Shown in pieces: positions 27,506 to 36,771 of a stretch of 64,000 nt of DNA (the first letter of the stretch is position 1; every line of letters begins with the position of its first letter). Source of the stretch: Escherichia phage REP4; the sequence record OQ174503.1. One strand, given 5' to 3'. A model generated the notes under the pieces. The model was not told the origin of the DNA and did not search any database. It saw only the letters and a program-made list of their open reading frames with translations. The position numbers and the translations under genes are program-made.

Positions 27506-29683
27506 TTAGGCCGCAAGGGCCTTCATAGTTTTAGCGATTTGGGAAACTTCATCATCACTTAAAGAGTTGCGATAACCGATGAAGTCGGAAACAATACGGA
27601 ATTTCTTGGTAAACTCAGCAACCATTTTATCACTGTTTTTTGAAGCATTATTTGATAATACATCAAAAAGATTAGTTACTGTCCAGATGTCATGACCAAT
27701 GGTATCTTTTCCACCATTAAAATATACACCCTGTAATGAACTAACCATATTAGCGAGTCGTGTATATTCTTCAGAAACTTCATCTACACTGAAGTACTTC
27801 ATCATAAAATCTAACTCAGGATACTTGATAATTTTATCAATATATCGTTTAGCTGAACTTGAATAACCTACATACTTATCATAATCTACATCATCAAAAG
27901 CATCTACATATAAATCACGCAGAGTTTCAAAAATACATTGGCACTGACCAAGTTCTTTTACCTTTTTCTGCAAAAGCGGACGAATAACATAAAATTCATT
28001 AATGCCAATAAGATTAGCCATACGAGTCAAAATACTCGTAGATGGATGACAAAGCGATGTAGTACCATCCATAGAGAAAATATCAGAACGATGCATGTAT
28101 GCTACATAACCAGTAATTTCATCTGCTTCTGACGTAAGTGTAAATAGTTCCTCTTTTTCCCAGCGTCCGTCTTTAATTTCAAACTTAAATGCAGTAGCAG
28201 CTTTAGGACGAGGAGCTTTACTTTTAACTGCCTTCGGAATATAACTTTTAACTAAAGCTTCAATTTCTGACAAATAATGAATGTTAACTTCATCACTTTC
28301 AAACATTGCCATAATATCAGGAAGCAAATCAATCTGCGATTCTACTTCCGGATTAATAAACAAAAGGCGTTCATTGTGATGAATATTCAAAGTGTTATTA
28401 AATTCGCTATCATCTAATGCACGTGCTAATCCACGGACAATATTAACACGATTTTTAATATTATCAATAATGATATTAATTTTTGTTGTGTTAATACCAA
28501 ACAGACGATAACTTGATGCAACGGCTGAAGTTTCATGGCTTTGCTTAATGCGTTTCAGTCGAGGGTCAAGATTTACTTCATACACAACTCCTGCATTGCA
28601 TAACTTACTGTCAGGTTCAAACATGCTTTGCATCTTCTTATATGACAGATTTTTAGTCGTGAATTTGACCGAATTACTAATCATATAATCTCGAGCAGAA
28701 TATCCCATCTTCATTAATTCACGGTATGTATGACGAGGAGATGTAGATTCTTTAAATCGTTTTACATCTTCATTGAATGCCTTTTCACTAAGCTCTTTAA
28801 CACGCTCAATAATATTTTTACGAGTACGATCATCTAATGAAAGAGCTTCGCGTGATGGAGCAATATCAAGTGAACCCATTGGAAACTTAATGTAATTCAC
28901 TTCATTGCGGATGCTTAACCAGTTACGATCTCTAATAACACCTTCGATAGGATAAACAATGCCGCCATAGATAGCATACAATCCACCGCGATCTGGCCAG
29001 TATCTTTCTGGATTTACGCCGTAATAATCATCAAAATCCGGAAAATAATCAATTTCGCGGTCAAGACCGTTAATGATAGCTAAATCTTTGAATGGTCGCA
29101 TGATATAAGAAACTTCATAAGCAAAGTTTCTAAAATCTTTTTCTTCAACTGGAACTACGATTTCAATACCAGTTTTATCATTTGGACCCATTTCTTTTAC
29201 GAATGTAGGTTTAATTTGCGGACCGTCACCATCCATGTAAGCTACATAACCGCGAATTTCGCCTTTATGATATGAAGTAATACTGAATGTATCAGTATAA
29301 CTAAACGGGGATTTAGAACCTAAACCAAATCCGCCAATGAAATCGTTAGATTCAGCCTTAGATGAACTAAAGTATGAATTATACAACCCAGGAGAATTAT
29401 CATCACCCTGAATATCAAAATCGCTCATACCCGGACCAAAATCTCGACAAACAAATCGCGGATCTAATCGTCCTGGAACTTGAATGATAAATTTTTCAGG
29501 ATTTCCATTGAGAGCATGGGCATCAATCATGTTGGTAATCAATTCACGGACTACTGCACGAATCTTGTTTGTATACAAATCAGATGATAGAATTTTAAAT
29601 ACTTTAGGATTTGCTGCGATGCTAAATGCTTTTGATTTAGAACCATTACCAAGAATTGTTTCTTTTTCAGTGGTGATAATCAT
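27506..29683 (-). CDS. rIIA: rIIA protein, 725 aa
   Basis: ORF track; size identical to T4 rIIA; N-terminus [60 protein letters not shown]. Confidence 0.95.
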   Translation of the reverse strand: MIITTEKETILGNGSKSKAFSIAANPKVFKILSSDLYTNKIRAVVRELITNMIDAHALNGNPEKFIIQVPGRLDPRFVCRDFGPGMSDFDIQGDDNSPGLYNSYFSSSKAESNDFIGGFGLGSKSPFSYTDTFSITSYHKGEIRGYVAYMDGDGPQIKPTFVKEMGPNDKTGIEIVVPVEEKDFRNFAYEVSYIMRPFKDLAIINGLDREIDYFPDFDDYYGVNPERYWPDRGGLYAIYGGIVYPIEGVIRDRNWLSIRNEVNYIKFPMGSLDIAPSREALSLDDRTRKNIIERVKELSEKAFNEDVKRFKESTSPRHTYRELMKMGYSARDYMISNSVKFTTKNLSYKKMQSMFEPDSKLCNAGVVYEVNLDPRLKRIKQSHETSAVASSYRLFGINTTKINIIIDNIKNRVNIVRGLARALDDSEFNNTLNIHHNERLLFINPEVESQIDLLPDIMAMFESDEVNIHYLSEIEALVKSYIPKAVKSKAPRPKAATAFKFEIKDGRWEKEELFTLTSEADEITGYVAYMHRSDIFSMDGTTSLCHPSTSILTRMANLIGINEFYVIRPLLQKKVKELGQCQCIFETLRDLYVDAFDDVDYDKYVGYSSSAKRYIDKIIKYPELDFMMKYFSVDEVSEEYTRLANMVSSLQGVYFNGGKDTIGHDIWTVTNLFDVLSNNASKNSDKMVAEFTKKFRIVSDFIGYRNSLSDDEVSQIAKTMKALAA

Positions 29684-29693
29684 AATTTCCTCA

Positions 29694-29897
29694 TTAATTC
29701 ATATTGCGTTTAATAACTTCAGCAACTTCTAGTAGTTCATCTTTAGTTGCAGTGTCGGATTGAATTTTATCTCTAATGTCCTTAAAGCGGTTTTTAAACT
29801 CTTCGGCTTCTCCCATATCGAAAAAGCGTTGAATGATTCTATATTCTCGATGAACTGCTTTATCAAAAAGTTCTAAATTTACTCTATATGATTTCAT
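29694..29897 (-). CDS. rIIA.1: Hypothetical 67-aa protein upstream of rIIA
   Basis: ORF track; position and size as T4 rIIA.1. Confidence 0.6.
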   Translation of the reverse strand: MKSYRVNLELFDKAVHREYRIIQRFFDMGEAEEFKNRFKDIRDKIQSDTATKDELLEVAEVIKRNMN

Positions 29898-29922
29898 TTC
29901 AATATCCTCATTTACCCAATTA

Positions 29923-29952
29923 ATTATACCACATCCTTGTGGTAAAGTAAAC
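29923..29952 (-). promoter_or_regulatory. Early promoter (GTTTAC, 18 nt, TATAAT)
   Basis: Minus-strand GTTTAC at 29947-29952 and TATAAT at 29923-29928. Confidence 0.65.
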
Positions 29953-31769
29953 TACTGGCTCATCCATTCTTTACGAAGGTCAGCATTATCTCCCATGAGC
30001 ATTTCAAAAAGCTCTTTCCAATTCTCAGGAAGTTTAACAACATCATATACTGGATTTTGAATCATCTCACGATATTCAGATTTTTCCAAAGAGCCAAGTC
30101 CTTTAATATAACGGATGCTATGTTTAGGTAGAGCATCTTTGGCACTCTCATATTCAGCGACTGTATAAAACCATTCTTGTTTTTTACCGACCTGAGCGAT
30201 GATTACAGGAGTTTTGACAAAGCGAATTCTTCCTTGTTCAAACAATTCTGGCCAATTACTAAAAAATCCGAGCAGAGAAGGATAAATGCTTCCTAGACCA
30301 TCATGGTCAGCATCAGTCATAATAGCAATATTATGATAATTCAAGTTTTCGGCTTTTTCACCAAGAACTAATCCAGTGATTGCGCAAATATCAAACAGTT
30401 CTTTGTTTTTAAGCATATCAGCATATGACATACCCCAACTGTTGAGAACTTTACCACGCAATGGATAACCGCCATGAAGTTCTTTATCACGAACATCAAT
30501 AAGATATCCGATAGCAGAATCACCCTCAGTCAAGAAAAGAGTAGTGTCAGCATCTTTACCACAAAGATTCGCTTTAATATGTTTATGAACCTTAGCTTTA
30601 GAGGCCTTTTTAGCTGCTTTAGTTTCAGCTGCTTTTTCTGCCGCCAATTTACGAGCCAAGGCAGCTTCAATAATTGGCATTAAAATTGCTTCATTATTCA
30701 AAATAGCACGTGAAATCTTTTTAGCATCAAGCTGAATATGACTACGGATTTCACCAAATGGAGAAGTCAAACGCTCTTTAGTTTGAGAATCAAATCGCAT
30801 GTTTTTCATATCACGAACAAACATAACGATAGTCAAGCATTCTTTAACACGTGCTTTAGTTACATCAATTTTGAATTTACGTTTGATTTGTGGAATAAGG
30901 TCTTCACAAATATCATCCATAACACAGTCAATATGATGGCCACCATTCTTAGTATGAATGTTATTGACGTATGTTAATTGACGAAAACCATCAGGTGAAC
31001 GACCGACCGCAATAGAACAATTTTCTTGTTCTTGAACAATAGCATGTTCATCATATTGGCGTGCATATTTCTTAAAATTACCCTGAACCTTTTTACCATT
31101 AAATGTAAATTGAATATCAGGATAAACTACTGCAAGTGTCTGGAGACGATCCAGTGTAATGTCAAGATAAACTTGAGATAGCTCATTAGTTTCAAATGAC
31201 ATAAAATCAGGAATGAAAGTAACGCGAGTTCCTTTCCATTTTCCAGGAATATCTTCCCACGATTTATTTTCCATGCCGTTTGAACAACGAACTACAATAT
31301 TATTTTGACCATCACCAGTTTCACCGACAAACATCACAGAAAAAATGTTAGTTAAACTAGAACCAACACCGTTCATACCACCAGTGACGCGTTCTTTATC
31401 ATCACCGAAGTTACCACCTGCTTTTGGAATAGTCCATGCAGCAACTGGACCAGGAATTTCTTCACCAGTAGGTGTTTTAACCATCGCCTGCGGAATACCA
31501 CGACCGTTATCTTCAACTGTTACTTGATTGTTTTTAATAGTAACATTAATTTTATTTGCGAATTTAAACTTAGTACGAATACCTTCATCTACTGAGTTAT
31601 CGATAATTTCATCAATAAGCTTAACAAGACCAGGTACATACTGAACACTTTCCCATTTACCAAACAGAAAGCGCTCATGCATTTCATTAGCAGAAGAACC
31701 AATGTACATGCCGCTACGCTTTTTGATATGTTCAATATCGCTCAGAATTTTAATTTCATTCTTAATCAT
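29952..31769 (-). CDS. 39: DNA topoisomerase II large subunit gp39 (GyrB-like ATPase plus TOPRIM), unsplit, 605 aa
   Basis: ORF track start is GTG; ATG one codon downstream (MIKNEIKILSDIEHIKKRSGMYIGSS); single reading frame covers both T4 gp39 and gp60 equivalents. Confidence 0.95.
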   Translation of the reverse strand: MIKNEIKILSDIEHIKKRSGMYIGSSANEMHERFLFGKWESVQYVPGLVKLIDEIIDNSVDEGIRTKFKFANKINVTIKNNQVTVEDNGRGIPQAMVKTPTGEEIPGPVAAWTIPKAGGNFGDDKERVTGGMNGVGSSLTNIFSVMFVGETGDGQNNIVVRCSNGMENKSWEDIPGKWKGTRVTFIPDFMSFETNELSQVYLDITLDRLQTLAVVYPDIQFTFNGKKVQGNFKKYARQYDEHAIVQEQENCSIAVGRSPDGFRQLTYVNNIHTKNGGHHIDCVMDDICEDLIPQIKRKFKIDVTKARVKECLTIVMFVRDMKNMRFDSQTKERLTSPFGEIRSHIQLDAKKISRAILNNEAILMPIIEAALARKLAAEKAAETKAAKKASKAKVHKHIKANLCGKDADTTLFLTEGDSAIGYLIDVRDKELHGGYPLRGKVLNSWGMSYADMLKNKELFDICAITGLVLGEKAENLNYHNIAIMTDADHDGLGSIYPSLLGFFSNWPELFEQGRIRFVKTPVIIAQVGKKQEWFYTVAEYESAKDALPKHSIRYIKGLGSLEKSEYREMIQNPVYDVVKLPENWKELFEMLMGDNADLRKEWMSQ

Positions 31770-31810
31770 CACTTATCCTCGTTTGGTTTCGGGAATATTA
31801 TACTCCGGTA

Positions 31811-31838
31811 ATCATAAAGCTAAAGGCCCGAAGGCCTT
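31811..31838 (-). terminator. Hairpin AAGGCC-TTCG-GGCCTT plus U-rich tail
   Basis: GC stem immediately after the lipoprotein stop codon. Confidence 0.65.
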
Positions 31839-32099
31839 TTATTTAAAACGGATAGTCGAATCCTTGAAGAAAAGACCAGAACATACTGTTCCTTCTACTT
31901 TCTGCCCGGTAGGTCCAATAGCACGAAATCCAGTATGTTGGAAATCATTTTCAGAGCAACCGAACCAATTATATCCAGTGATTTCAATATTAGTAAAACC
32001 ACTTGAAGACAGAACTTTGGTTGCATTATCAGCATCAGTACATCCTACTAAAGATACTGCTAATACTATTGCCGCGATAGAACGATTAACATATTTCAT
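31839..32099 (-). CDS. Putative lipoprotein, 86 aa (39.1 position)
   Basis: ORF track start is TTG; ATG at MKYVNRSIAAIVLAVSLVGC with lipobox L-V-G-C; mature part has two further Cys. Confidence 0.65.
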   Translation of the reverse strand: MKYVNRSIAAIVLAVSLVGCTDADNATKVLSSSGFTNIEITGYNWFGCSENDFQHTGFRAIGPTGQKVEGTVCSGLFFKDSTIRFK

Positions 32100-32103
32100 A
32101 ATT

Positions 32104-32475
32104 TCACTCAAATTTAATGGCTTGAAGAAGACTAATAATTCTCAAGCGACTTCTTTCATCTTTAACTGTAAAAGAAAGAGGGTCGCCAGATTTCATAGTG
32201 ATAGTGCATTCAAAATCAAAATCTTCGGAAACTTCTTTGAAGAAGTCAAATTCTTCATCATAAATTAGAACACTACTCCGCAGACTATGAAGAACTTTTC
32301 CATCATTTCCAGATGCTGTACTAATCATTGTAACATTATGACCTTTCATATCTTCAACGATAAATTCACTAGTCAATATTACAGCATTAATAGAACTATT
32401 CCTATTACTAGCAGAAAGTAGATATTTCTGTTCTTCACCTTCACGAATGCGATATTTCTTACCAATTTTAAACAT
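32104..32475 (-). CDS. Hypothetical 123-aa protein
   Basis: ORF track; ATG start. Confidence 0.6.
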   Translation of the reverse strand: MFKIGKKYRIREGEEQKYLLSASNRNSSINAVILTSEFIVEDMKGHNVTMISTASGNDGKVLHSLRSSVLIYDEEFDFFKEVSEDFDFECTITMKSGDPLSFTVKDERSRLRIISLLQAIKFE

Positions 32476-32477
32476 AA

Positions 32478-32654
32478 TTACCCTTTAAGTAAGTCGTAAA
32501 AACCACCATTCACATGCTTAGGAGCAGAAGGCCGACGAGTAGACAAACGATGACATTTAGGGCAAACATCATTTTCTCGTTCAGAAATTTTTTTAATTTT
32601 TTCATATTCATGCCCGCAATCTTCAGATTGGCATTTATAATCATACATTGGCAT
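32478..32654 (-). CDS. Putative zinc-ribbon mini-protein, 58 aa (not in ORF track)
   Basis: Manual translation MPMYDYKCQSEDCGHEYEKIKKISERENDVCPKCHRLSTRRPSAPKHVNGGFYDLLKG; C-x4-C ... C-x2-C; fits exactly between flanking ORFs. Confidence 0.55.
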   Translation of the reverse strand: MPMYDYKCQSEDCGHEYEKIKKISERENDVCPKCHRLSTRRPSAPKHVNGGFYDLLKG

Positions 32655-32656
32655 AA

Positions 32657-33076
32657 TTATTCCTTAAAGTGTGCTTTCAACATCTGATACAAGGACCATG
32701 CCTGCTCATTATTTTCAATAATAACTTTCATGACAGGAAATTCGGTGAAATCTTCTATTTGTTCTTGCTCTTCCTGCTCTTGCTCTTCAGCTGCCTGATA
32801 TGGATTTTCCACTTCATCAAAGAACCCAGCTTCACTTTTTGAAAGCCAAATAAAGTCTTCATCCAAAACATCTTTGCCAGAAGATAGTACTAAATTTCCA
32901 GTAGATGACAAAATTTTAATAGGACGCCCAAGAGCGTCCACATCTAAAATTTTAAAAGGATACATACCTAAACGTCGCGCATAAATTCCGTTATCAGTAT
33001 GGTCTTTAATAAAATTTTCTTGAGCTTGTTTATTTTTAAATTGATACCATTTATTAACTTCAAATTTAATAGCCAT
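32657..33076 (-). CDS. Hypothetical 139-aa protein with acidic [10 protein letters not shown] tract (goF position by size)
   Basis: ORF track; ATG start. Confidence 0.6.
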   Translation of the reverse strand: MAIKFEVNKWYQFKNKQAQENFIKDHTDNGIYARRLGMYPFKILDVDALGRPIKILSSTGNLVLSSGKDVLDEDFIWLSKSEAGFFDEVENPYQAAEEQEQEEQEQIEDFTEFPVMKVIIENNEQAWSLYQMLKAHFKE

Positions 33077-33291
33077 TAATAAATTTCCTTCCAGTAAGTT
33101 GTGCCATCCTCAGTAATTTCACGAAATACACCGTAAATTGGTTGTTTATCACCAACCTTTTCATACACATAAACCGAAGTCAAGTGAGTAAACTTAACGG
33201 TATGTTCCTTTTGAACCACTACCAAATCTGGATCGAATAATACATCTTCAAATTCGTCATTAGTGCAGTTCTGAACAATTTTACGTTTCAT
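33076..33291 (-). CDS. Hypothetical 71-aa protein (cef position by size)
   Basis: ORF track; ATG overlaps downstream gene. Confidence 0.55.
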   Translation of the reverse strand: MKRKIVQNCTNDEFEDVLFDPDLVVVQKEHTVKFTHLTSVYVYEKVGDKQPIYGVFREITEDGTTYWKEIY

Positions 33292-33304
33292 TACAATTTC
33301 CTCA

Positions 33305-33574
33305 TTAATTGAACAGTGGAGCGATGCGTTTCAGAAGAGTAGCAGCACCTTTGGCAAATTTTACATCATGAAAAACAGTTTCTTCTTCCGTTACAACACG
33401 AACTTTAATATTTTCACAATCCCAATTTTTACGAACAATCTTCAAAAGCTGCAGTAAATCTTTACATTCAGCAATATCGATAACACATCCACGAGAATCT
33501 TCCATTATCGCACGATAACCGTAAGCCAGACCATAATCGTTGAAAGATTGCTCGATGATAATTAAGTTTTCCAT
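33305..33574 (-). CDS. Hypothetical 89-aa protein
   Basis: ORF track start is TTG; ATG at MENLIIIEQSF. Confidence 0.55.
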   Translation of the reverse strand: MENLIIIEQSFNDYGLAYGYRAIMEDSRGCVIDIAECKDLLQLLKIVRKNWDCENIKVRVVTEEETVFHDVKFAKGAATLLKRIAPLFN

Positions 33575-33671
33575 TTTATTCTCCAAGTTGTTTTCTGTAT
33601 CAGTAGTTGATATTGATATAGTACCATAATCAACTACTGATGTATATAGTTTTATGAAAAAATTTTAAACT

Positions 33672-34169
33672 TTATGCACAGCGAGCTTTGCTATAGTGTT
33701 TAATCCAACTTTCAGGAATGACTTTGTATGTTCCTAAAAATACCGCGTTGTACAACTTAACGCCATCTTCTACCCATTGATCGGTAATGTATGCACACAT
33801 AGCACGAGTACGATGTTTTTGAACAATCCCTTCCTCATCTTCGGTAAATTCGAATTCATAAGGAGCAACGAACTTAATAGCCTGACCGAGTTTCCACTTA
33901 AAGTCTACACCTACATGCGAAGTATCAATCGTTTCAATTCCTTTAGCAGGAACAGCTTTCAAAAACGCAGACTCAAGAAATTTCGCACGAACATAGCCAA
34001 ACTGAGGTTTAGACTTTCCATCTTTAGGAATGATACGCACTTTTACTTCAGAATCTTCATCTTTAACGCCATGTTTAAGCTGAATGCTTACAATTTCGAC
34101 CAATTTTCCTGCTGCTTTAGAACGGGATTTATCAGATACACGAGCTAATTCACCAATATTAATAATCAT
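33672..34169 (-). CDS. Hypothetical 165-aa protein (motB position); paralog of 34246..34788
   Basis: ORF track; own early promoter; C-terminal motif AYITDQWVEDGVKLYNAVFLGTYKVIPES shared with neighbour. Confidence 0.65.
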   Translation of the reverse strand: MIINIGELARVSDKSRSKAAGKLVEIVSIQLKHGVKDEDSEVKVRIIPKDGKSKPQFGYVRAKFLESAFLKAVPAKGIETIDTSHVGVDFKWKLGQAIKFVAPYEFEFTEDEEGIVQKHRTRAMCAYITDQWVEDGVKLYNAVFLGTYKVIPESWIKHYSKARCA

Positions 34170-34213
34170 AGTTATCTCTCACTTGTTAAAAAGATTTTAT
34201 ACTCCACAGGACC

Positions 34214-34243
34214 ATTATACTCTGGTCCCAAGAGTTTGTAAAC
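34214..34243 (-). promoter_or_regulatory. Early promoter (GTTTAC, 18 nt, TATAAT)
   Basis: Minus-strand GTTTAC at 34238-34243 and TATAAT at 34214-34219. Confidence 0.65.
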
Positions 34244-34245
34244 TA

Positions 34246-34788
34246 TTAATTTAAAATAGCTACCACCGCACTACGAGGTACTACACTAAAATCACCTGCA
34301 TGAACAACGTTCAGAAGTTCAACACCATCTTCAATCCACTGGTCTGTTACCCAACCACAGACCGAAATAAATGGAGTCTTGATAGCTACAGCACGAGTTA
34401 GAAGGTCTGTAGGGTCTTGTTCTTCAACTTCTTGGAACAGGATGAACTCTGCCTCATAAACCAGGATTTTCTCTATTTTGTTATTGTCTAAACGACGACC
34501 GTGGACAATATAAGATTTAGTAAACCATTTACTTTTTTCAAAGTCTTCAACAGTAAATTCGCCTTCACCAAAAACATCAGTCAGAGTTTTATGGCCGGAA
34601 ATCAAGGCATTAGTTTTAATTTCAGGTTCAACCAGTTTGTAGGTTTTGCCGATTTCAATAGCGGTAGTCATAGTAGGTTCCTTAATTTCCAATGGTTTAA
34701 CAGGGCATACATAAGTGCTTACAACATCAAAATCAATCAGTTTAGCTACTGGATTTGGTGTGTATTCAGGATTATAATTAAATTTCAT
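34246..34788 (-). CDS. Hypothetical 180-aa protein; paralog of 33672..34169
   Basis: ORF track; C-terminal motif CGWVTDQWIEDGVELLNVVHAGDFSVVPRS. Confidence 0.65.
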   Translation of the reverse strand: MKFNYNPEYTPNPVAKLIDFDVVSTYVCPVKPLEIKEPTMTTAIEIGKTYKLVEPEIKTNALISGHKTLTDVFGEGEFTVEDFEKSKWFTKSYIVHGRRLDNNKIEKILVYEAEFILFQEVEEQDPTDLLTRAVAIKTPFISVCGWVTDQWIEDGVELLNVVHAGDFSVVPRSAVVAILN

Positions 34789-34790
34789 AA

Positions 34791-35291
34791 TTATCTCATT
34801 TCAATAAAATCTATGAGTTCAGCATGTGATTTGCGGAACATTACTTGGTGCACGCCAATGATAACTTCATCTTCAGGAACTTCGTATACAGCGAGATAAA
34901 ATCCTTTAGAAGATAATTCTTCCCGCTCTTCTCGTGTGAACCATCTCATCATATCATATTCACTAGCGAAAGCAAAATGATAAAGAGCTATAAACCATCC
35001 GGGAATATGATATTCTACTCCAACATAATCTTTCTTGAACTTAGTATTAATTACTATATTAGCGTTTTTAACTAATAGTTTATCTTCATGTGGTAAAGGA
35101 ATTCTTTTATTATTATCGCTATGATGCATAAAATTAGGTCTGTCATAACCTACGTGTAATAGCCACTCTTCGCTCCATGAATCGATTATACTCCTGTACG
35201 GCGTTATTTGAACACAAAGATTTCGACGTATTGTTATAGCATCTTCACAATCAAGAATACTAAACGATGATTCAACACGATAAATTTTCAT
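34791..35291 (-). CDS. Hypothetical 166-aa protein
   Basis: ORF track start is TTG inside promoter; ATG at MKIYRVESSF with RBS GAGGATAAT. Confidence 0.6.
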   Translation of the reverse strand: MKIYRVESSFSILDCEDAITIRRNLCVQITPYRSIIDSWSEEWLLHVGYDRPNFMHHSDNNKRIPLPHEDKLLVKNANIVINTKFKKDYVGVEYHIPGWFIALYHFAFASEYDMMRWFTREEREELSSKGFYLAVYEVPEDEVIIGVHQVMFRKSHAELIDFIEMR

Positions 35292-35318
35292 TTTATTATC
35301 CTCAGTAGCTATAGTGTT

Positions 35319-35348
35319 ATAATACCACAACTAACCGAGGAAGTAAAC
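35319..35348 (-). promoter_or_regulatory. Early promoter (GTTTAC, 18 nt, TATTAT)
   Basis: Minus-strand GTTTAC at 35343-35348. Confidence 0.6.
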
Positions 35349-35354
35349 AACTTT

Positions 35355-36038
35355 TTATCGTTTTGTTGGAAGAGACAGAGGATCGCACTCTTCCTCTGAC
35401 GGAGCATCTTCAAGACCCATAGCATATCGCAAAGCATACTTCATCATCAGGATGTCTTTCGCACAGTCATGAATAGAATCATGTGCAACGAATCCATCTA
35501 AAGTTCCCTTTGGAAGAGGACACGTGGTCATATCACGAACAAGAAGAAGTGCTTCAATTCTGGTACGAATATCACGCTGATTCCAGAATTTACATGGTTC
35601 TAACTTAAATGTGTCAAGTTCATTCTCAGAAACGCCATTAAGACGTTGAATATCGCGAATGAGATCGACTAAAATTGGAAAATCAAACGACATTCCACGG
35701 CACCAGCCTTGAGATTTCCAAGGATCGATGTTATGTGCATTGATGTAATCATTAAATTTTGCAATACCATCGATAGTGCTCACATCTTCATCTGATGGTG
35801 CAATATTTTTTCGAGCTTCGGGAGACTGATTTTTCCACCATTCGATAGTGCTTTTAGTAAAAAGACGATGTCCTTTTTGGCTTTTTAAATCAAACTTGAT
35901 TTTAATGCCGCGTGAAACTAATTCATCAAATGTTTCAACTACTTCTGGATTAGGGTCAAAGGCAATAACAGCCAAATCAATAACAGCTGCCTTTTCACCG
36001 CTTCCCATTGTTTCAAAATCTATAATAAAATCAAACAT
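35355..36038 (-). CDS. dexA: Exonuclease A (DnaQ-like 3-prime to 5-prime exonuclease) DexA, 227 aa
   Basis: ORF track; size as T4 DexA; DEDDh-type motifs (FDFETMG, DGFVAHDSIHDC). Confidence 0.88.
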   Translation of the reverse strand: MFDFIIDFETMGSGEKAAVIDLAVIAFDPNPEVVETFDELVSRGIKIKFDLKSQKGHRLFTKSTIEWWKNQSPEARKNIAPSDEDVSTIDGIAKFNDYINAHNIDPWKSQGWCRGMSFDFPILVDLIRDIQRLNGVSENELDTFKLEPCKFWNQRDIRTRIEALLLVRDMTTCPLPKGTLDGFVAHDSIHDCAKDILMMKYALRYAMGLEDAPSEEECDPLSLPTKR

Positions 36039-36280
36039 TAAATTTTCCTCGCTAAATCGCGAATTTGACCTACAGTATAATCTTGGATATAAACTTTATT
36101 AATGGGCTCATCAATAAATTTTGCCATAGATTCAATATCTTTTTGTATCTCTTCAAGACTGTATACTATCTTTAAAGCTTTTTCGCGAATAGTAACATTA
36201 TCAGGTCCTGGATTTTCTTGAATGACAGCTTTAACATTTGCCATAAGAGATTTAAACTGATGCAAACTTAATTCAATCAT
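36038..36280 (-). CDS. Hypothetical 80-aa protein; tandem paralog of 36273..36518
   Basis: ORF track start is GTG; ATG at MIELSLHQFKSLM; shared motif LEEI..D......V.I.DY..G.I..L. Confidence 0.5.
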   Translation of the reverse strand: MIELSLHQFKSLMANVKAVIQENPGPDNVTIREKALKIVYSLEEIQKDIESMAKFIDEPINKVYIQDYTVGQIRDLARKI

Positions 36281-36518
36281 TAATAACCGCCTTATAAAGA
36301 TGGCTAATTTCACCTAAAACATAATCACTGATTATAACAGTTTTCACTTCACCGCAAAAGAATTCTAATGCAATCAAATCTCGTTCAATTTCTTCCAATT
36401 GAAGCATTAACTTTCCCGATTCAATTTTCACGTTTTTGCGATTTTTACTATAAGCTATTTCATAAATTTCACTCACTTTATCTTGAAGCAGATAAAACTG
36501 GTCTTTAGTTATTTCCAC
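36273..36518 (-). CDS. Hypothetical 81-aa protein; tandem paralog; apparent GTG start
   Basis: ORF track; no ATG near 5-prime end; GTG preceded by GAGGAAG RBS. Confidence 0.45.
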   Translation of the reverse strand: MEITKDQFYLLQDKVSEIYEIAYSKNRKNVKIESGKLMLQLEEIERDLIALEFFCGEVKTVIISDYVLGEISHLYKAVIND

Positions 36519-36765
36519 AAATAGCTTCCTCAAATTTAATCAGCAGCTTACAGACACTTTCATCTAGCGTAATTACCGTATCTGTATTACTGTGATATGA
36601 TTGTTTTTCAATTCGTTTAATTGCTAGTATAGTATCACTTATAAGATTAAGCTTATAAAGGAGCTCAGCTCCTGTTACCATAACACTGAGATTATCTTGC
36701 TTATCAGTATGCTTCTTTATACCATCTATTAGACGATTTAAATATTTTGAATTGATGTTAATCAT
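36505..36765 (-). CDS. Hypothetical 86-aa protein
   Basis: ORF track; ATG with RBS GAGGATATAT. Confidence 0.6.
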   Translation of the reverse strand: MININSKYLNRLIDGIKKHTDKQDNLSVMVTGAELLYKLNLISDTILAIKRIEKQSYHSNTDTVITLDESVCKLLIKFEEAICGNN

Positions 36766-36771
36766 ATATCC

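Noticed and set aside
26820-28132. Plus-strand ORFs of 64-74 aa inside rIIB and rIIA
   Set aside because: Antisense to conserved genes; no start context.
29694-31769. Gene 60 and the 50-nt translational bypass element, mobA-like endonuclease
   Set aside because: Gene 39 is a single continuous 605-codon frame and no intervening ORF or take-off/landing GGA pair with a stop was found.
31702-32268. 188-aa plus-strand ORF spanning the gene 39 start and the lipoprotein gene
   Set aside because: Antisense to two minus-strand genes and crosses a terminator hairpin; no RBS.
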